Counted from the stretch's first letter, positions 10,407-20,468 are shown. The stretch: 64,000 nucleotides of DNA from Myxococcota bacterium (GCA_040752415.1 JBFMGU010000018.1:1-64000), one strand, 5' to 3'. Program-made: numbers and translations. The notes: generated by a model from the sequence alone, not told the origin.

Positions 10407-11216
10407 CTACCGGGCCAGCAACCCCGACGTGACGCGGGCAACGGCCGCGCGGGTTGCGGAATCCACCACGTTGGCCGGCCAGGGCTGTTCCTGCTCCTCC
10501 ACGAGGAAACGCGCTTCTCCCGGCGGGGACCAGCGCGGCCTCGCCAGGATGCGGGTGAGCCGCTCCGCGCAGCGCTCGGGGGATTCCCAGCCGCGCTTGA
10601 CCAGGTTCAGCAGCCATCCCGCCGGCCCACGCCGCGCGCCCAGCTCCGTCCGCACCACGCCGGGATGAAGCACCACCACGTCCAGGTCGGGGTGCTTCCG
10701 CGCCTCGTCGTACATGGCCGCTGCCAGGCACAGCTTGGTGTTGCAGTAGGTCCCCAAGGCGGAGAAGTCCGCTCCCGTGGGCGTCTGGTCCGGCGTGAAC
10801 CTCCCTTTCACGACGAGCCCCGCGCTGACGACCATGATGCGCGCCAGCCGTCCCGCGGCCACCAGCGGCTCCTGCATGGCCAGGGGCCCGAGGTGGTTGA
10901 CCACGAAGGACATCTCCAGCCCGTCGCCGTTGAGGACCCGTGACGACGGCCAGATTCCTGCGTTGTGCACGAGGGTGGTGCCGGGCGTGACCATGGAGGC
11001 GAGCTCCTCTCCCAGGCGCCGTGCGCCCGCCACGCTCGAAAGGTCCCCCGGGACCGCAACCGCGTGCCCGCCGCGTCGCCGCACCTCGTCGACGGTATCG
11101 CGCAGTTGCGCCGCATCTCTCGCCACCAGCAGGAGCTGGTCCGTCTTCCCGGCAAGCGCCACCGCCAACGCCCGGCCAATCCCGCGTGAGGCACCCGTGA
11201 TGATCGTGTCCGTCAT
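10407..11216 (-). CDS. Short-chain dehydrogenase/reductase
   Basis: TGASRGIG, HNAGI, YCNTK (YxxxK), HPGVVRT. Confidence 0.9.
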   Translation of the reverse strand: MTDTIITGASRGIGRALAVALAGKTDQLLLVARDAAQLRDTVDEVRRRGGHAVAVPGDLSSVAGARRLGEELASMVTPGTTLVHNAGIWPSSRVLNGDGLEMSFVVNHLGPLAMQEPLVAAGRLARIMVVSAGLVVKGRFTPDQTPTGADFSALGTYCNTKLCLAAAMYDEARKHPDLDVVVLHPGVVRTELGARRGPAGWLLNLVKRGWESPERCAERLTRILARPRWSPPGEARFLVEEQEQPWPANVVDSATRAAVARVTSGLLAR

Positions 11217-11246
11217 GGAGCCAGGATGCCACCGGGTCCGGGTAAT

Positions 11247-11323
11247 TGGAAGGATATTCCATGTAACGTCGGTGGGACGCCGGGATCCGCGCGGCCGGGA
11301 ATGATGGTCTATAGATGGACCAT
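11247..11323. promoter_or_regulatory. Candidate TetR operator palindromes in the divergent SDR/TetR promoter
   Basis: TGGAA-N5-TTCCA (11247-11261) and ATGGTC-N8-GACCAT (11304-11323, overlapping the TetR ATG) in an AT-richer spacer. Confidence 0.45.
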
Positions 11324-11936
11324 GCGTGCCCCTACGCGGCGTGATGGTGCGGAGCGACGTGAGGCGATCCTGGATGCGGCGCTCAAGTGCTTTGCGCGGC
11401 GCGGAGTGCTGGACACCGGGATCGAGGACATCCGGAAGGCCGCGCGGACGAGCCCTTCAAGCATCTACCACCAGTTCGATGGTCTGCCGTCCATTGCGCT
11501 GGCGCTGCTCATGCGCACCTTTGAGCGGCTGTTCGCCCACCTGGCGCGGCGGGTCGTGGGAACCCGGGATGCGCGTGCGTGTGTGCTCGCCCTCGTGGAT
11601 GCACACCTGGAATGGGTGCTGCGCAACGAGGACGAAGCGCGCGTGATGTACCAGTTGATGAGCACCGGTCTGGCCGCGCGACATGAGCGCGCCCTCGCCC
11701 GGCACAAGGAGCTGCATCTCGCTCCGGTTGCGGCGCACGTGGGAACTTTCATCAGGAGCGGCGCGCTGCCGTCGTGGCCCCCGCTGTTGCTCGACGTGGT
11801 CCTGCTGGGGCCGACGCACGAGGCGTGTCGCAGGTACCTCGTGGGCGCACCCATCGACCCGGAGTGGATGCGGAGCACGTTGCCAACGCTGGCGTGGCGG
11901 AGCATCTCCGGGGCGCTCCCATTGTCCGCGGAGTGA
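11322..11936 (+). CDS. TetR/AcrR family transcriptional regulator
   Basis: RREAILDAALKCFARRG...IEDIRKAARTSPSSIYHQF HTH; divergent from the SDR gene. Confidence 0.9.
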   Translation: MRAPTRRDGAERREAILDAALKCFARRGVLDTGIEDIRKAARTSPSSIYHQFDGLPSIALALLMRTFERLFAHLARRVVGTRDARACVLALVDAHLEWVLRNEDEARVMYQLMSTGLAARHERALARHKELHLAPVAAHVGTFIRSGALPSWPPLLLDVVLLGPTHEACRRYLVGAPIDPEWMRSTLPTLAWRSISGALPLSAE

Positions 11937-12012
11937 GCGCGCGGAGTACATGGCCGAGGCGTCGCCGCCGGGGTCTTTCCGCGCCCGGTGCAGTCGGATA
12001 GCGTCGCAAGGC

Positions 12013-13338
12013 ATGCCGTGGCGTCGCGCGACCCTCACGTGGTGGTCCCCGTGGATCATCGGGACGTTCCTCGCGGGATGTACTCCGTGCCGTTCCGGGG
12101 AAACGTCGCGGGACGGGGCGTGCGTCCGGCTGTGCAACTCCGCCGATGACTGCCTTGGGTCCGAACATTGCTCCGGTGACGGCATCTGTGCTCCGGGACC
12201 GGGAGCGGTCGCGCCCGACGCGGGACAGGCATCTGGCGCGTCCTCCTCGTCGTCGTCTGCCTCCGGTCAGGGGGTGTCCTCCTCGTCGGTGAGTGGGACC
12301 TCGACCGCCGGAGAGACATCCAGTTCCTCCTCGTCGTCCAGCGCGGCCAGCGGCACTTCATCCACGTCGTCTGCGGGCGGCTCCTCGGCCCAGACCTCCA
12401 CCAGCAGCGCTTCATCCGCCGCCAGTTCCTCTTCCGTCGCCACCAGCGCTTCTTCTGCCAGCACCAGCTCTTCATCCCTCGCCACCAGCAGTGGCGGCTC
12501 CACCACTTCCGGTGTGATGAGCTCGAGTTCCTCCTCGTCGTCGTCGAGCGGTGGGGTGGTTGTGTCCACCTCCGCCTCATCCCTCACCTCCAGCTCCTCC
12601 GCGACGACCTCATCCAGCTCCTCCACGTCGTCGGGCGGAGGGCCCACGTTCGTGACCATCACCCACTCGGGTCACTTTGCCAGCAACGCCTCGGAGCTGC
12701 GGCGCACGCTGCAGACCGCCTCCAACCGACGAGCATTCACGTTTGCCACCTGGATGAAGTCCGCCGCGCAGGCCGCCATGTTGCTGGGCGCGGGGGCCAG
12801 CGCGGGCAGTCAGACCTTCGTCTGGGCGGGCAGCACTTCCGGTCGTCCCTTCTTCCAGCACGACCCGGGTGACTATGCCGCCGGACCCAACCTGGAACCG
12901 TGGCCCTACCTGGACCAGTGGGTGCACCTGGTCATCTCGGTGGACGTGGACAACCCCGACGTGGAAGAGCGCGTTCGCTTCTGGATCAACGGGCAGCGCG
13001 TTGCGCGGGACCCCAACCTGCCCATGGTGGCGCCCGGGACGGACCTGTACGTCGGACACACCGTGACGCACGCGCTGGGTAACAAACACACCGGCGGGTT
13101 CGACTGGCGCGGCTGGCTGGCGGAGACCTACCTGCTGCCTGGAGTGACGCTGGACGCGGACGCGTTCGTGGCCCGGGACGACACCAACCTGCGATCCATC
13201 GTCTACACCGGTCCGGTGCCGCCGGAAGCGGCGTATTTCCGCTATCTGCCTGGCGCTCCCGGGCAGAACGGGTTTCCCAACAGCAGCGACTGGACCGCCA
13301 CCGGCGTGGACTCCGACGCCACCACCCTGCCGCCGTAA
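12013..13338 (+). CDS. Lipoprotein with small Cys-rich domain, long Ser-rich linker and C-terminal LamG/concanavalin-like domain
   Basis: Lipobox FLAGC; Cys cluster; poly-Ser tract; FTFATWMK, QWVHLVISVD and RFWINGQ LamG-like strands; alternative ATG at 11950. Confidence 0.7.
   Translation: MPWRRATLTWWSPWIIGTFLAGCTPCRSGETSRDGACVRLCNSADDCLGSEHCSGDGICAPGPGAVAPDAGQASGASSSSSSASGQGVSSSSVSGTSTAGETSSSSSSSSAASGTSSTSSAGGSSAQTSTSSASSAASSSSVATSASSASTSSSSLATSSGGSTTSGVMSSSSSSSSSSGGVVVSTSASSLTSSSSATTSSSSSTSSGGGPTFVTITHSGHFASNASELRRTLQTASNRRAFTFATWMKSAAQAAMLLGAGASAGSQTFVWAGSTSGRPFFQHDPGDYAAGPNLEPWPYLDQWVHLVISVDVDNPDVEERVRFWINGQRVARDPNLPMVAPGTDLYVGHTVTHALGNKHTGGFDWRGWLAETYLLPGVTLDADAFVARDDTNLRSIVYTGPVPPEAAYFRYLPGAPGQNGFPNSSDWTATGVDSDATTLPP
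12232..12640 (+). repeat. Low-complexity Ser/Thr/Gly-coding tract (TCC/TCG/AGC-rich)
   Basis: Roughly 135 codons dominated by Ser inside the lipoprotein CDS. Confidence 0.85.
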
Positions 13339-13631
13339 GAGGCTGCGTCAGGACAAGATGCCCAGTGGGGTTGCCGACGTCGTGAGCGGGCCACGACCTG
13401 GAGTGCGGCGGGCCCTCGCCGCCCTGGTCGGCGCCGAGCGCATTCACAACGGGCCGAACAGCACCGGGGCTCAATGACGTCGGGCGAGGCTCTGCCTCGT
13501 GGCGCTTGGGCCCTTGACGGTTGTCCAAACCGCTCGACGCTGACCAGGGCGGCGAGGGCCCGCCGCGCTCCAGGTCGTGGTCCGCTGGAGGCGGTCAGGA
13601 CCAGATGGGCAACTCATCCTGATGCAACCCC
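13339..13631. mobile_element. Palindromic MITE-like / structured intergenic element
   Basis: Imperfect terminal inverted repeats (13339-13364 vs 13606-13631); internal 56-bp inverted repeat 13385-13440 / 13531-13586 with 4 mismatches; flanked by TAA and CAA. Confidence 0.55.
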
Positions 13632-13715
13632 CAACACGCTCCTGCGAATGACCTCGCATTGCCCGGGAGCGGTGCGCGTCGACGGGTGAAGCCCTGCACG
13701 GGTGTCGCTCGCCGC

Positions 13716-15113
13716 TCACGGAGCCTTGGTGGACAGCGTGGCAATGTGCTGGAACACGCGCCGGTGCACCGCGGACACCAGCGCATCCGACCAGAGGCTC
13801 CAGTACCCGTCGGGACCCAGGCTGCTCTCGTACTCGGTGGTGCCGGTCAGCCGCGTGTTTCCGTCGGAAAGTCGCGTGAGACGGAACTCGCCGGTGCGTG
13901 AGCGGACATAGCCGTCAAGGTGCGGCGGCTCGATGTTGTACGGCGTCAGCTCCTTCATGGGCGCAGGCTGGGAGATGGCCTTGAAGCGCAGCAGTCGTCC
14001 CGGTTCCCACGCCGTGATCTCCTCCACCAGCGGTCCGGTGGAGAACGTGCAATGCCGCGTGGCTCCCACGCCCTCGCCGTATGTCGTCGAATGAACCGGG
14101 TAGGCGATGCCAAGCCGGAAGAACCATTCCGTGGGCGGCGGAAGCTCGGAGTGTCCCACCACGAAAGGCCACACGCGCTCTGGCGGCGCCGCGATGTCCA
14201 TCTCTGTCACCACGCTGTGCACCGCCGGTGCGGAAGCCGCGCGCTCCATTCCCATGAACACGGGCAGCGACGTGCTCATCAGTACCAGCGCCGCAACCTG
14301 CGACGTCGACCGTTGCGCCAGCGCGCGGCCGAGCACACCGCCCAGCGCCGCCATCGCCAGAGCCAGTGGCGCGGCCATCACCAGGCACACGAAACCCTCC
14401 AGCGCAAAGAGCAGCAGCGCTCCACCGCCAATGACCACCGCCGTGCAGGCCACGCCCACGGACTCATGCATGCCGCGCAGCGACGTCCGGTTGAAGATGA
14501 ACGCGCTGAGCACGCCCATGAGGAACGGGGTTCCCACGAACAGACCCATGCCGTAACCGTTCAGCAGGAACACCGAGATGAGGAGCAGCACCACGCCCAT
14601 CAGCGTCGCAATGCCCACCCCCAGCAGCGCCGCGCGCAGTCCTGGCTCCATGCTCACCTGCTCGCGGCGCTGAAGCGCGTGGTGCTGCTCGGGAAGGACG
14701 CAGAACGCCAGCATCGCGAGGTAGTTGATGAGCGGAATGAAGAAGAGCGTGAGGCCGAGCCCGGCGGAGAGCCCCGCGTTGACGGCACGGCGCGCGCTCA
14801 TGGTGGCGCCGATCCACATGAACGGCAGGGAGAGCACCACAAGCGCGATGATCAGCCCCTCGGGAAGCTGGGCCCGGCTGGCGGCCAGCGGTGAGAGGTA
14901 ATCCCAGGGGTGCCAGGTCTTGCCGGTCATCATCATGATGAGGCCGGCGTCCACGGCGTACTTCACGACGATGAGGAAGAAGCCGCTGTCGCGGTACGCC
15001 CGCGGTGTAACAGGAGCATCCACCGAGAACCAGAGGCGCAGCAGGTTCTTGACGTTGGTTCGGGTGCGCTCGTCGCTCGGACCGCTGGCGGGGGTGGTTG
15101 GCAGGATGGACAT
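13716..15113 (-). CDS. DUF805-like multi-TM protein fused to C-terminal SRPBCC (START-fold) domain
   Basis: About 8 TM helices, then VVTEMDIAAPPERVW...GVGATRHCTFSTG...ITAWEPG. Confidence 0.8.
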   Translation of the reverse strand: MSILPTTPASGPSDERTRTNVKNLLRLWFSVDAPVTPRAYRDSGFFLIVVKYAVDAGLIMMMTGKTWHPWDYLSPLAASRAQLPEGLIIALVVLSLPFMWIGATMSARRAVNAGLSAGLGLTLFFIPLINYLAMLAFCVLPEQHHALQRREQVSMEPGLRAALLGVGIATLMGVVLLLISVFLLNGYGMGLFVGTPFLMGVLSAFIFNRTSLRGMHESVGVACTAVVIGGGALLLFALEGFVCLVMAAPLALAMAALGGVLGRALAQRSTSQVAALVLMSTSLPVFMGMERAASAPAVHSVVTEMDIAAPPERVWPFVVGHSELPPPTEWFFRLGIAYPVHSTTYGEGVGATRHCTFSTGPLVEEITAWEPGRLLRFKAISQPAPMKELTPYNIEPPHLDGYVRSRTGEFRLTRLSDGNTRLTGTTEYESSLGPDGYWSLWSDALVSAVHRRVFQHIATLSTKAP

Positions 15114-15384
15114 GGGTGGATGGTGCCACGGCGGATTCCGTGCAGACACCTCTGTGGGCCCGCGCCACCCGCGACGTCGCCTTCGCCACAGCCTGCGTCG
15201 CGGCCCGCGAGCTCCCTTGCACCGTCCCGAGAATCCCGACTAACCGCTACGCCGTGAGCACGCCTGCCCTGGAGGTCACTGCCCCCACCCTGCGCTGCGA
15301 CGAGCGGCGGCACCCCCTCGCCGCGTTCACGCTCCATCTTCTCGTGCTCTCGCTGGTGGTGCGCTCCTGCTGGGTGTGACGGCG

Positions 15385-15891
15385 ATGTGGATCTTCGGTT
15401 ACGGCTCGTTGATGTGGCGTCCGGGGTTTCCGTACCGTCGGGCGGAGGTGGCGGTGCTCACGGGCTGGGAGCGCAGGCTGGACCAGGGCTCTCCCGACCA
15501 CCGCGGCACGCCCGAGCAGCCGGGACGCGTGGCCACGCTGGTCCCCAACGCCGCGGCAGAGAGCACCGGGATTGCCTTCTCGCTCCATGACGTCGGGCGG
15601 GACGAGATCCTGGCGGCGTTGGATCACCGCGAGCGGGGTGGCTACACGCGCGAGCACGTGCGGGTGGCGCTGCGTGACGGCACCACGGTGGACGCGGTGA
15701 CCTGGGTGGCCGCGCTGCGGAACCCCTGGTACCTCGGTCCCACGACGTCACAGCGCATGGCGGAGGTCATCCGCGTGGCGCGCGGCGAGAGCGGGAGCAA
15801 CGTGGAGTACGTGCTGCGCCTGGCGGAGACGCTGCAGGCCCAGGGCGTCGAGGATTCCCACGTGCTGGAAGTGGCGCGCTTGTTGGCGTGA
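15385..15891 (+). CDS. chaC: Glutathione-specific gamma-glutamylcyclotransferase (ChaC family)
   Basis: MWIFGYGSLMW, DHRGTPEQPGRV, LDHRE, GESGSNVEY. Confidence 0.9.
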   Translation: MWIFGYGSLMWRPGFPYRRAEVAVLTGWERRLDQGSPDHRGTPEQPGRVATLVPNAAAESTGIAFSLHDVGRDEILAALDHRERGGYTREHVRVALRDGTTVDAVTWVAALRNPWYLGPTTSQRMAEVIRVARGESGSNVEYVLRLAETLQAQGVEDSHVLEVARLLA

Positions 15892-16344
15892 CCTGGGGAG
15901 AACCCGCGGGGGCGGGTGATCCGGAAAAAAGATCTGCGCGCCTCCTCCCAGTTGCGCGTGCCACGCCACGCAATCCTGCCCAGGCGCCCCGCGCGGTACG
16001 TCGTGGAACCGGCAAGGAGGCGGGACACACCCGGCCAATTTTTCGCGTCCGCGGTTGCTGCGCCAAGGCGTGCGCGCACGCGCGGTGACGACGGAGCACG
16101 CGTTTCCTGCGTTCCCGCGCGAAAAATCAGCAGCACCCTGTCTTGCGGGTTTGCGTGGGCCGCCGCCCGCCTCCGTGGCGCGGTAAAGATGACGCGCAGA
16201 TTAGTGCTGGATTCGCGTCGGACTTGCGCAAAGTGACGACGGGAATCACGCGCAAGAAGATGATTGCATTTCGCGAAACGGCATTGAACACTAAGCGATA
16301 GTCCAAACCAAGGCGTTCCGTTCCCCCCGGGTCGGGCGTGCTGC

Positions 16345-16360
16345 AGGACACCGCGTTGCA
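16345..16360 (+). promoter_or_regulatory. Candidate sigma54 (-24/-12) promoter of the multiheme cytochrome gene
   Basis: AGGACACCGCGTTGCA: GG-N10-GC spacing with a perfect TTGCA -12 box and an imperfect -24 box. Confidence 0.35.
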
Positions 16361-16433
16361 TGGCTCAACGCCGTGGCGGCGGTGCGCGCGCGCAGCCCAG
16401 GGAGCGTGACCATGGGCCTGGAGGAGGTTCACC

Positions 16434-19400
16434 GTGCGCTTGAAAAGGAAATCCTGGTGGCTGGTTGGCCTGTTGTGCCTGAGCGTCACCGCCTGCAGCG
16501 GGGGCGGTGACGATGAGGAGTACGACGACGAGGAGGAGGATGGAGAGTCCTCGTCCAGCGGGGGTGGCACCAGCAGCTCCCAGGCCGGCAGCACCTCCGG
16601 GGGCGGAAACACCTCCCAGGCGGGGTCCACCTCCAACGGAGGAACCACCTCCTACGTGTCCTCCACCTCGTACTCGGGCGGCTCCTCGTCGTGGGGCGGC
16701 TCCACCTCGTACAACAACAACACCTCCTTTGGCGGCTCCACGTCGTCGGGTGGCGCCAGCGGCAATCCACTGGTGGAGCCGTGCGGTGAGCTGCCCGAGC
16801 TGCCGTACGTGTGCCCCGGCGGCACCGCGCCCGCGTGTGAATGCGTGGACCACCAGGACGGCACCTTCCAATGGCACTGCAGCGACTGCCCTTCGCTCGA
16901 CTGCAACGCCACGCCCACCGACCCCGCGTGCGCCAAGGACGTGGCCTGCATCCGCTGTCACGGTCTGCAGACCGCCAACGGGGGACAAGGCATCGAGAAC
17001 CCGCACCCGTGGCGCTACGTGGCGTGCGTGGACTGCCACGGTGGCGTCGGGCGTGACCCGGCCAATCCCGACCGCATCCTCTCCAAGTCGGAAGCGCACG
17101 TGCCAATGCCCGCGGAGATGACCCAGAGCGGCACCAGCAACACGCCCAAGCGCACCAGCTACGAGAACCACTACCTGGGCCGCGGTGGCGTCGAGAACCT
17201 GAACGGTGGCCTGCAGTGGCTGCGCTTCACCAACCCCGGCGACCTGCGCGTGGTCGACCAGACGTGCTCCACCGCGGCGTGCCATCCCGGCATCGACACC
17301 AAGGTGAAGAACTCCACCATGGCCACGCTCGTCGGGAAGTTCGACGCCATGCTCTACCAGATTGGTCTTCCCCGTCCCGCCGACCTGGCGCCCGCGCTGG
17401 GCTATGACTCCTACGGCAAGCGCCTGGCGGTGTGGGGTGCCGCGCACCGCGACGACTCGAACTGGAACCGCAACACCTCGCCGCCCGGCTCCGTGCCGCA
17501 CATCCACGCGCTGGAGTCCTTTGACCGCGAGATCAACCCTGTCTTCAGCGAGCAGGACATTGCCAAGGAGACCATGAACAAGCTGTGTGGCAGCTGCCAC
17601 CTGGGGAACAACGGCTGGAACCACAAGGCCGGCAAGTTCCGCTCCTCTGGATGCACCGCGTGCCACATGCCTTATGACTGGACCGGGCGCAGCCAGAGCA
17701 ATGACCCGCTCATCAACAAGGAAGAGCCCACCTACCCGGCCGCGTACGAGCACATCAGCTGGCCGGAGCGGCCGCATCCTCGTCGCCACCAGATCACGCG
17801 CAACATGAAGGCGGGCGACTGCCTCTCCTGCCACACCGGCTCCGCGCGCCTGGTGTTCCAGTACATGGGCATCCGCGTCGACGACAACAAGGACCTCACC
17901 AAGGCGCGCGACCGCGGCGTGGACATCAACTTCCAGTACTCGCAGCTGGTCAACAATGACCTCAACCCCGACGCGCGGCTGCACGGCTTCGACCAGGAGA
18001 AGCTGATTGAGTACGAGGACCTCAACGAGGACGGCCAGGACGACACCCCGCCCGACGTGCACTACCTGGCGGGCATGGAGTGCGTGGACTGCCACAGCTC
18101 CGCGGACATGCACGGCGACGGAAGGATCTACAGTCGCCAGGACCAGGCAGTGAAGGTCCGCTGCGTGCACTGCCACGGCAACCTGGAATTCCCCGCGGAT
18201 CCCGACGCGGCCAACAACGCCGTCAACGAGCTGTACCTGTCCACCGGACGCATCCAGCGCAAGAACCTCTTCAAGTTCGAGACGGTGCCCGGCTACGGCG
18301 AGGAGGGCTATCCGCAGGTCACCACGCCGGGCATCTGGCTGCGCACCAAGACCACGCGGGAGTGGAAGTGGGTGCCGCAGATTGCGTGGGGCGTGAAGTG
18401 GGATCCCAACGGGCAGGACTGCTTCGGGGAAGGTCTGCGCACCGACCCGCGCAACGGGCAGTTTGTCTGCAACCCGCTCTCGTCCATTGCGCATGGCCGC
18501 TGGAACGGGTTGAGCGCCAATGGCGGTGACCTGGAGGACGGCGTGGGACCGCGACCGGGCGTGGAAGTGGTGCAGGGCGGCGGCGGCACGCAGAACGTGC
18601 AGTTCGGGTTTAGCCACGTGGGCGAAGCGGCCTATGAGCCCAACGAAGTGCCCGCGGGCGGACTGGAGTGCGCGGCGTGCCACTCCACCTGGCACAACAT
18701 GCGCTACGGCAACCACCTGGGCATCAAGGACATCCAGGACGGGAACCGGCTCTATGACTGGGACCGCGTCACCGGTGAGGTCACGCTGGGGACGCAGGGC
18801 TGGTTCAACTTCACCTACGTCAGCATGCTGGACCAGCAGCTCATCATTGATTCCAAGGGCAAGATTGCCTGGGGCATCCCGGCGCGGCTCAAGTTGTTCA
18901 TGCGCCACAGGGTGCTGGGAGCTGGTGGCGCCGAGGTTGAGTACATGCAGGACGCCCTGGGCACGAACTTCCCGTGGAAGACCTACCGGGACCGCGTGGG
19001 CATGGGAAACATCATCCACGAGTCGCAAGGTGGAATCGTCAACGCACCGGGATTCGCGCAGACCTGCGTGGAGCCCAACGGCTTCTGCGACCAGGACGAC
19101 CGCAAGAACATCAACGGCGGCCTCGGCGTCGACACCAACCAGCCACACTCCACCTCACCCATTGGCGGCGGGTGGCGCACCAAGGATTGTCGGGATTGCC
19201 ACCTCGACAACGCCGGCGGCGGTCTGACCCAGGTCAGCGCCCTCTACGGCTGGAATCCCAACGGCCGCACGCCGCAGACCAGTGCGTACCTCAACAAGAT
19301 CACGCAGGTGGAGGCCGCGCACGGCACGTATTCCACCGCCAACGGATTCGTCATCGCCGACGACGGTATCCAGCACCGGCTGGATCACATGGTGGACGAG

Positions 19401-19571
19401 GAGACGGGTTATCCGCTGGTGAACACCATGCACGTGCGCATTGACGACGGTCGGGATGGCCGGCCCCGGCGTGGCTACGACACCTGGGACCAGGACGCCG
19501 CCGGGCCCATCACGCAGTACCTGATTGACCGGCTCAAGAACATCCGCGTGAACAACATCTACGGAAACTAA
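16434..19571 (+). CDS. Large multiheme c-type cytochrome lipoprotein (9 CxxCH + 1 CX4CH)
   Basis: GGAGGAGG RBS; lipobox SVTAC; CIRCH, CVDCH, CSTAACH, CGSCH, CTACH, CLSCH, CVDCH, CVHCH, CAACH, CRDCH. Confidence 0.9.
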   Translation: MRLKRKSWWLVGLLCLSVTACSGGGDDEEYDDEEEDGESSSSGGGTSSSQAGSTSGGGNTSQAGSTSNGGTTSYVSSTSYSGGSSSWGGSTSYNNNTSFGGSTSSGGASGNPLVEPCGELPELPYVCPGGTAPACECVDHQDGTFQWHCSDCPSLDCNATPTDPACAKDVACIRCHGLQTANGGQGIENPHPWRYVACVDCHGGVGRDPANPDRILSKSEAHVPMPAEMTQSGTSNTPKRTSYENHYLGRGGVENLNGGLQWLRFTNPGDLRVVDQTCSTAACHPGIDTKVKNSTMATLVGKFDAMLYQIGLPRPADLAPALGYDSYGKRLAVWGAAHRDDSNWNRNTSPPGSVPHIHALESFDREINPVFSEQDIAKETMNKLCGSCHLGNNGWNHKAGKFRSSGCTACHMPYDWTGRSQSNDPLINKEEPTYPAAYEHISWPERPHPRRHQITRNMKAGDCLSCHTGSARLVFQYMGIRVDDNKDLTKARDRGVDINFQYSQLVNNDLNPDARLHGFDQEKLIEYEDLNEDGQDDTPPDVHYLAGMECVDCHSSADMHGDGRIYSRQDQAVKVRCVHCHGNLEFPADPDAANNAVNELYLSTGRIQRKNLFKFETVPGYGEEGYPQVTTPGIWLRTKTTREWKWVPQIAWGVKWDPNGQDCFGEGLRTDPRNGQFVCNPLSSIAHGRWNGLSANGGDLEDGVGPRPGVEVVQGGGGTQNVQFGFSHVGEAAYEPNEVPAGGLECAACHSTWHNMRYGNHLGIKDIQDGNRLYDWDRVTGEVTLGTQGWFNFTYVSMLDQQLIIDSKGKIAWGIPARLKLFMRHRVLGAGGAEVEYMQDALGTNFPWKTYRDRVGMGNIIHESQGGIVNAPGFAQTCVEPNGFCDQDDRKNINGGLGVDTNQPHSTSPIGGGWRTKDCRDCHLDNAGGGLTQVSALYGWNPNGRTPQTSAYLNKITQVEAAHGTYSTANGFVIADDGIQHRLDHMVDEETGYPLVNTMHVRIDDGRDGRPRRGYDTWDQDAAGPITQYLIDRLKNIRVNNIYGN

Positions 19572-19584
19572 GCGCTTCGGGGAG

Positions 19585-19618
19585 GGCGCCTTCCGGGGCT
19601 GGTCATCCGGGAGGCGCC
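19585..19618 (+). terminator. GC-rich hairpin after the cytochrome gene (terminator-like or stabilising)
   Basis: GGCGCCTTCCGG-N10-CCGGGAGGCGCC; no U-tract. Confidence 0.45.
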
Positions 19619-19637
19619 GTCCGCCGAGCCGGGAGGC

Positions 19638-20354
19638 ATGATGCGGGCAGTGGCGTGTGGCGCGTTGCTTGTGCTGTGGGGTTGCACCGGCGGAATGGCA
19701 GAGGAGCCGGTGGTGACGTCGTCGAGCAGCCGGGAGCTGGCCGGTGCGTTCTACAGCGTGGGTTATGGGCTCGCGGCGCAGCTGGAGGAGCTGGACCTCA
19801 CCGAGGAGGAGCTGGCGCACGTGCTGCGCGGATTCTCCGACGGAGCCCGGAAAGCGCGGCCAGAGTTCGACCTGACCACCGAGCGCGTCCGCATCGCGGG
19901 GCTGTTGCGAAGTCGACAGGAGGTCCGCGCGGACCGGGAACGGGCGAAGGTGGAGACCGAGAAGGCGCTGGGCCTGGCGGTGCTGGACAAGGCGGTGGAG
20001 GAGGGCGCGGAGCGTGTCGAGTCGGGACTGGTGTTCCAGGAGCTGGTGCCGGGAACGGGTGATTCACCGGCGGGCTCGGACCGCGTGAAGGTGAGCTACC
20101 GCGGCACACTCCTCGACGGAACCGAGTTCGACAGCTCCGAGAAGCGCGGCGGTCCGCTGGAGTATCCGCTCTATGCGTCCATCCGCTGCTGGCAGGACGG
20201 ACTGCGCAGGATGAAGGTGGGCGGCCGGGCGCGCCTGCTGTGTCCCTCCGAGCTGGGGTACGGAGACCGCGGACGTCCGCCCATGATTCCCGGCGGCGCG
20301 GTGCTGGTCTTCGAGGTGGAGCTGCTGGACGTGCTCAAGCCCCAGTCGCACTGA
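19638..20354 (+). CDS. FKBP-type peptidyl-prolyl isomerase (FkpA/Mip-like), probable lipoprotein
   Basis: FKBP_N helix YSVG; VKVSYRGTLLDGTEFDSS; MKVGG; PSELGYG; LVFEVELL. Confidence 0.92.
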   Translation: MMRAVACGALLVLWGCTGGMAEEPVVTSSSSRELAGAFYSVGYGLAAQLEELDLTEEELAHVLRGFSDGARKARPEFDLTTERVRIAGLLRSRQEVRADRERAKVETEKALGLAVLDKAVEEGAERVESGLVFQELVPGTGDSPAGSDRVKVSYRGTLLDGTEFDSSEKRGGPLEYPLYASIRCWQDGLRRMKVGGRARLLCPSELGYGDRGRPPMIPGGAVLVFEVELLDVLKPQSH

Positions 20355-20468
20355 TGCCATCCACGTCGGCGGAGCTGGTGACCGCGTGGTGACGGTGGCG
20401 GCGGGCCATCCCGAGATGGGCCCATGATCCTGACGCGGCCCCGGCGCAGCGGTTTGCGGAACGGGTCC

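Noticed and set aside
12232..12640. TCC/TCG-rich tract as a microsatellite, or the antisense Glu/Asp-rich ORF as a gene
   Set aside because: Explained by a poly-Ser linker with mixed codons in the plus-strand CDS.
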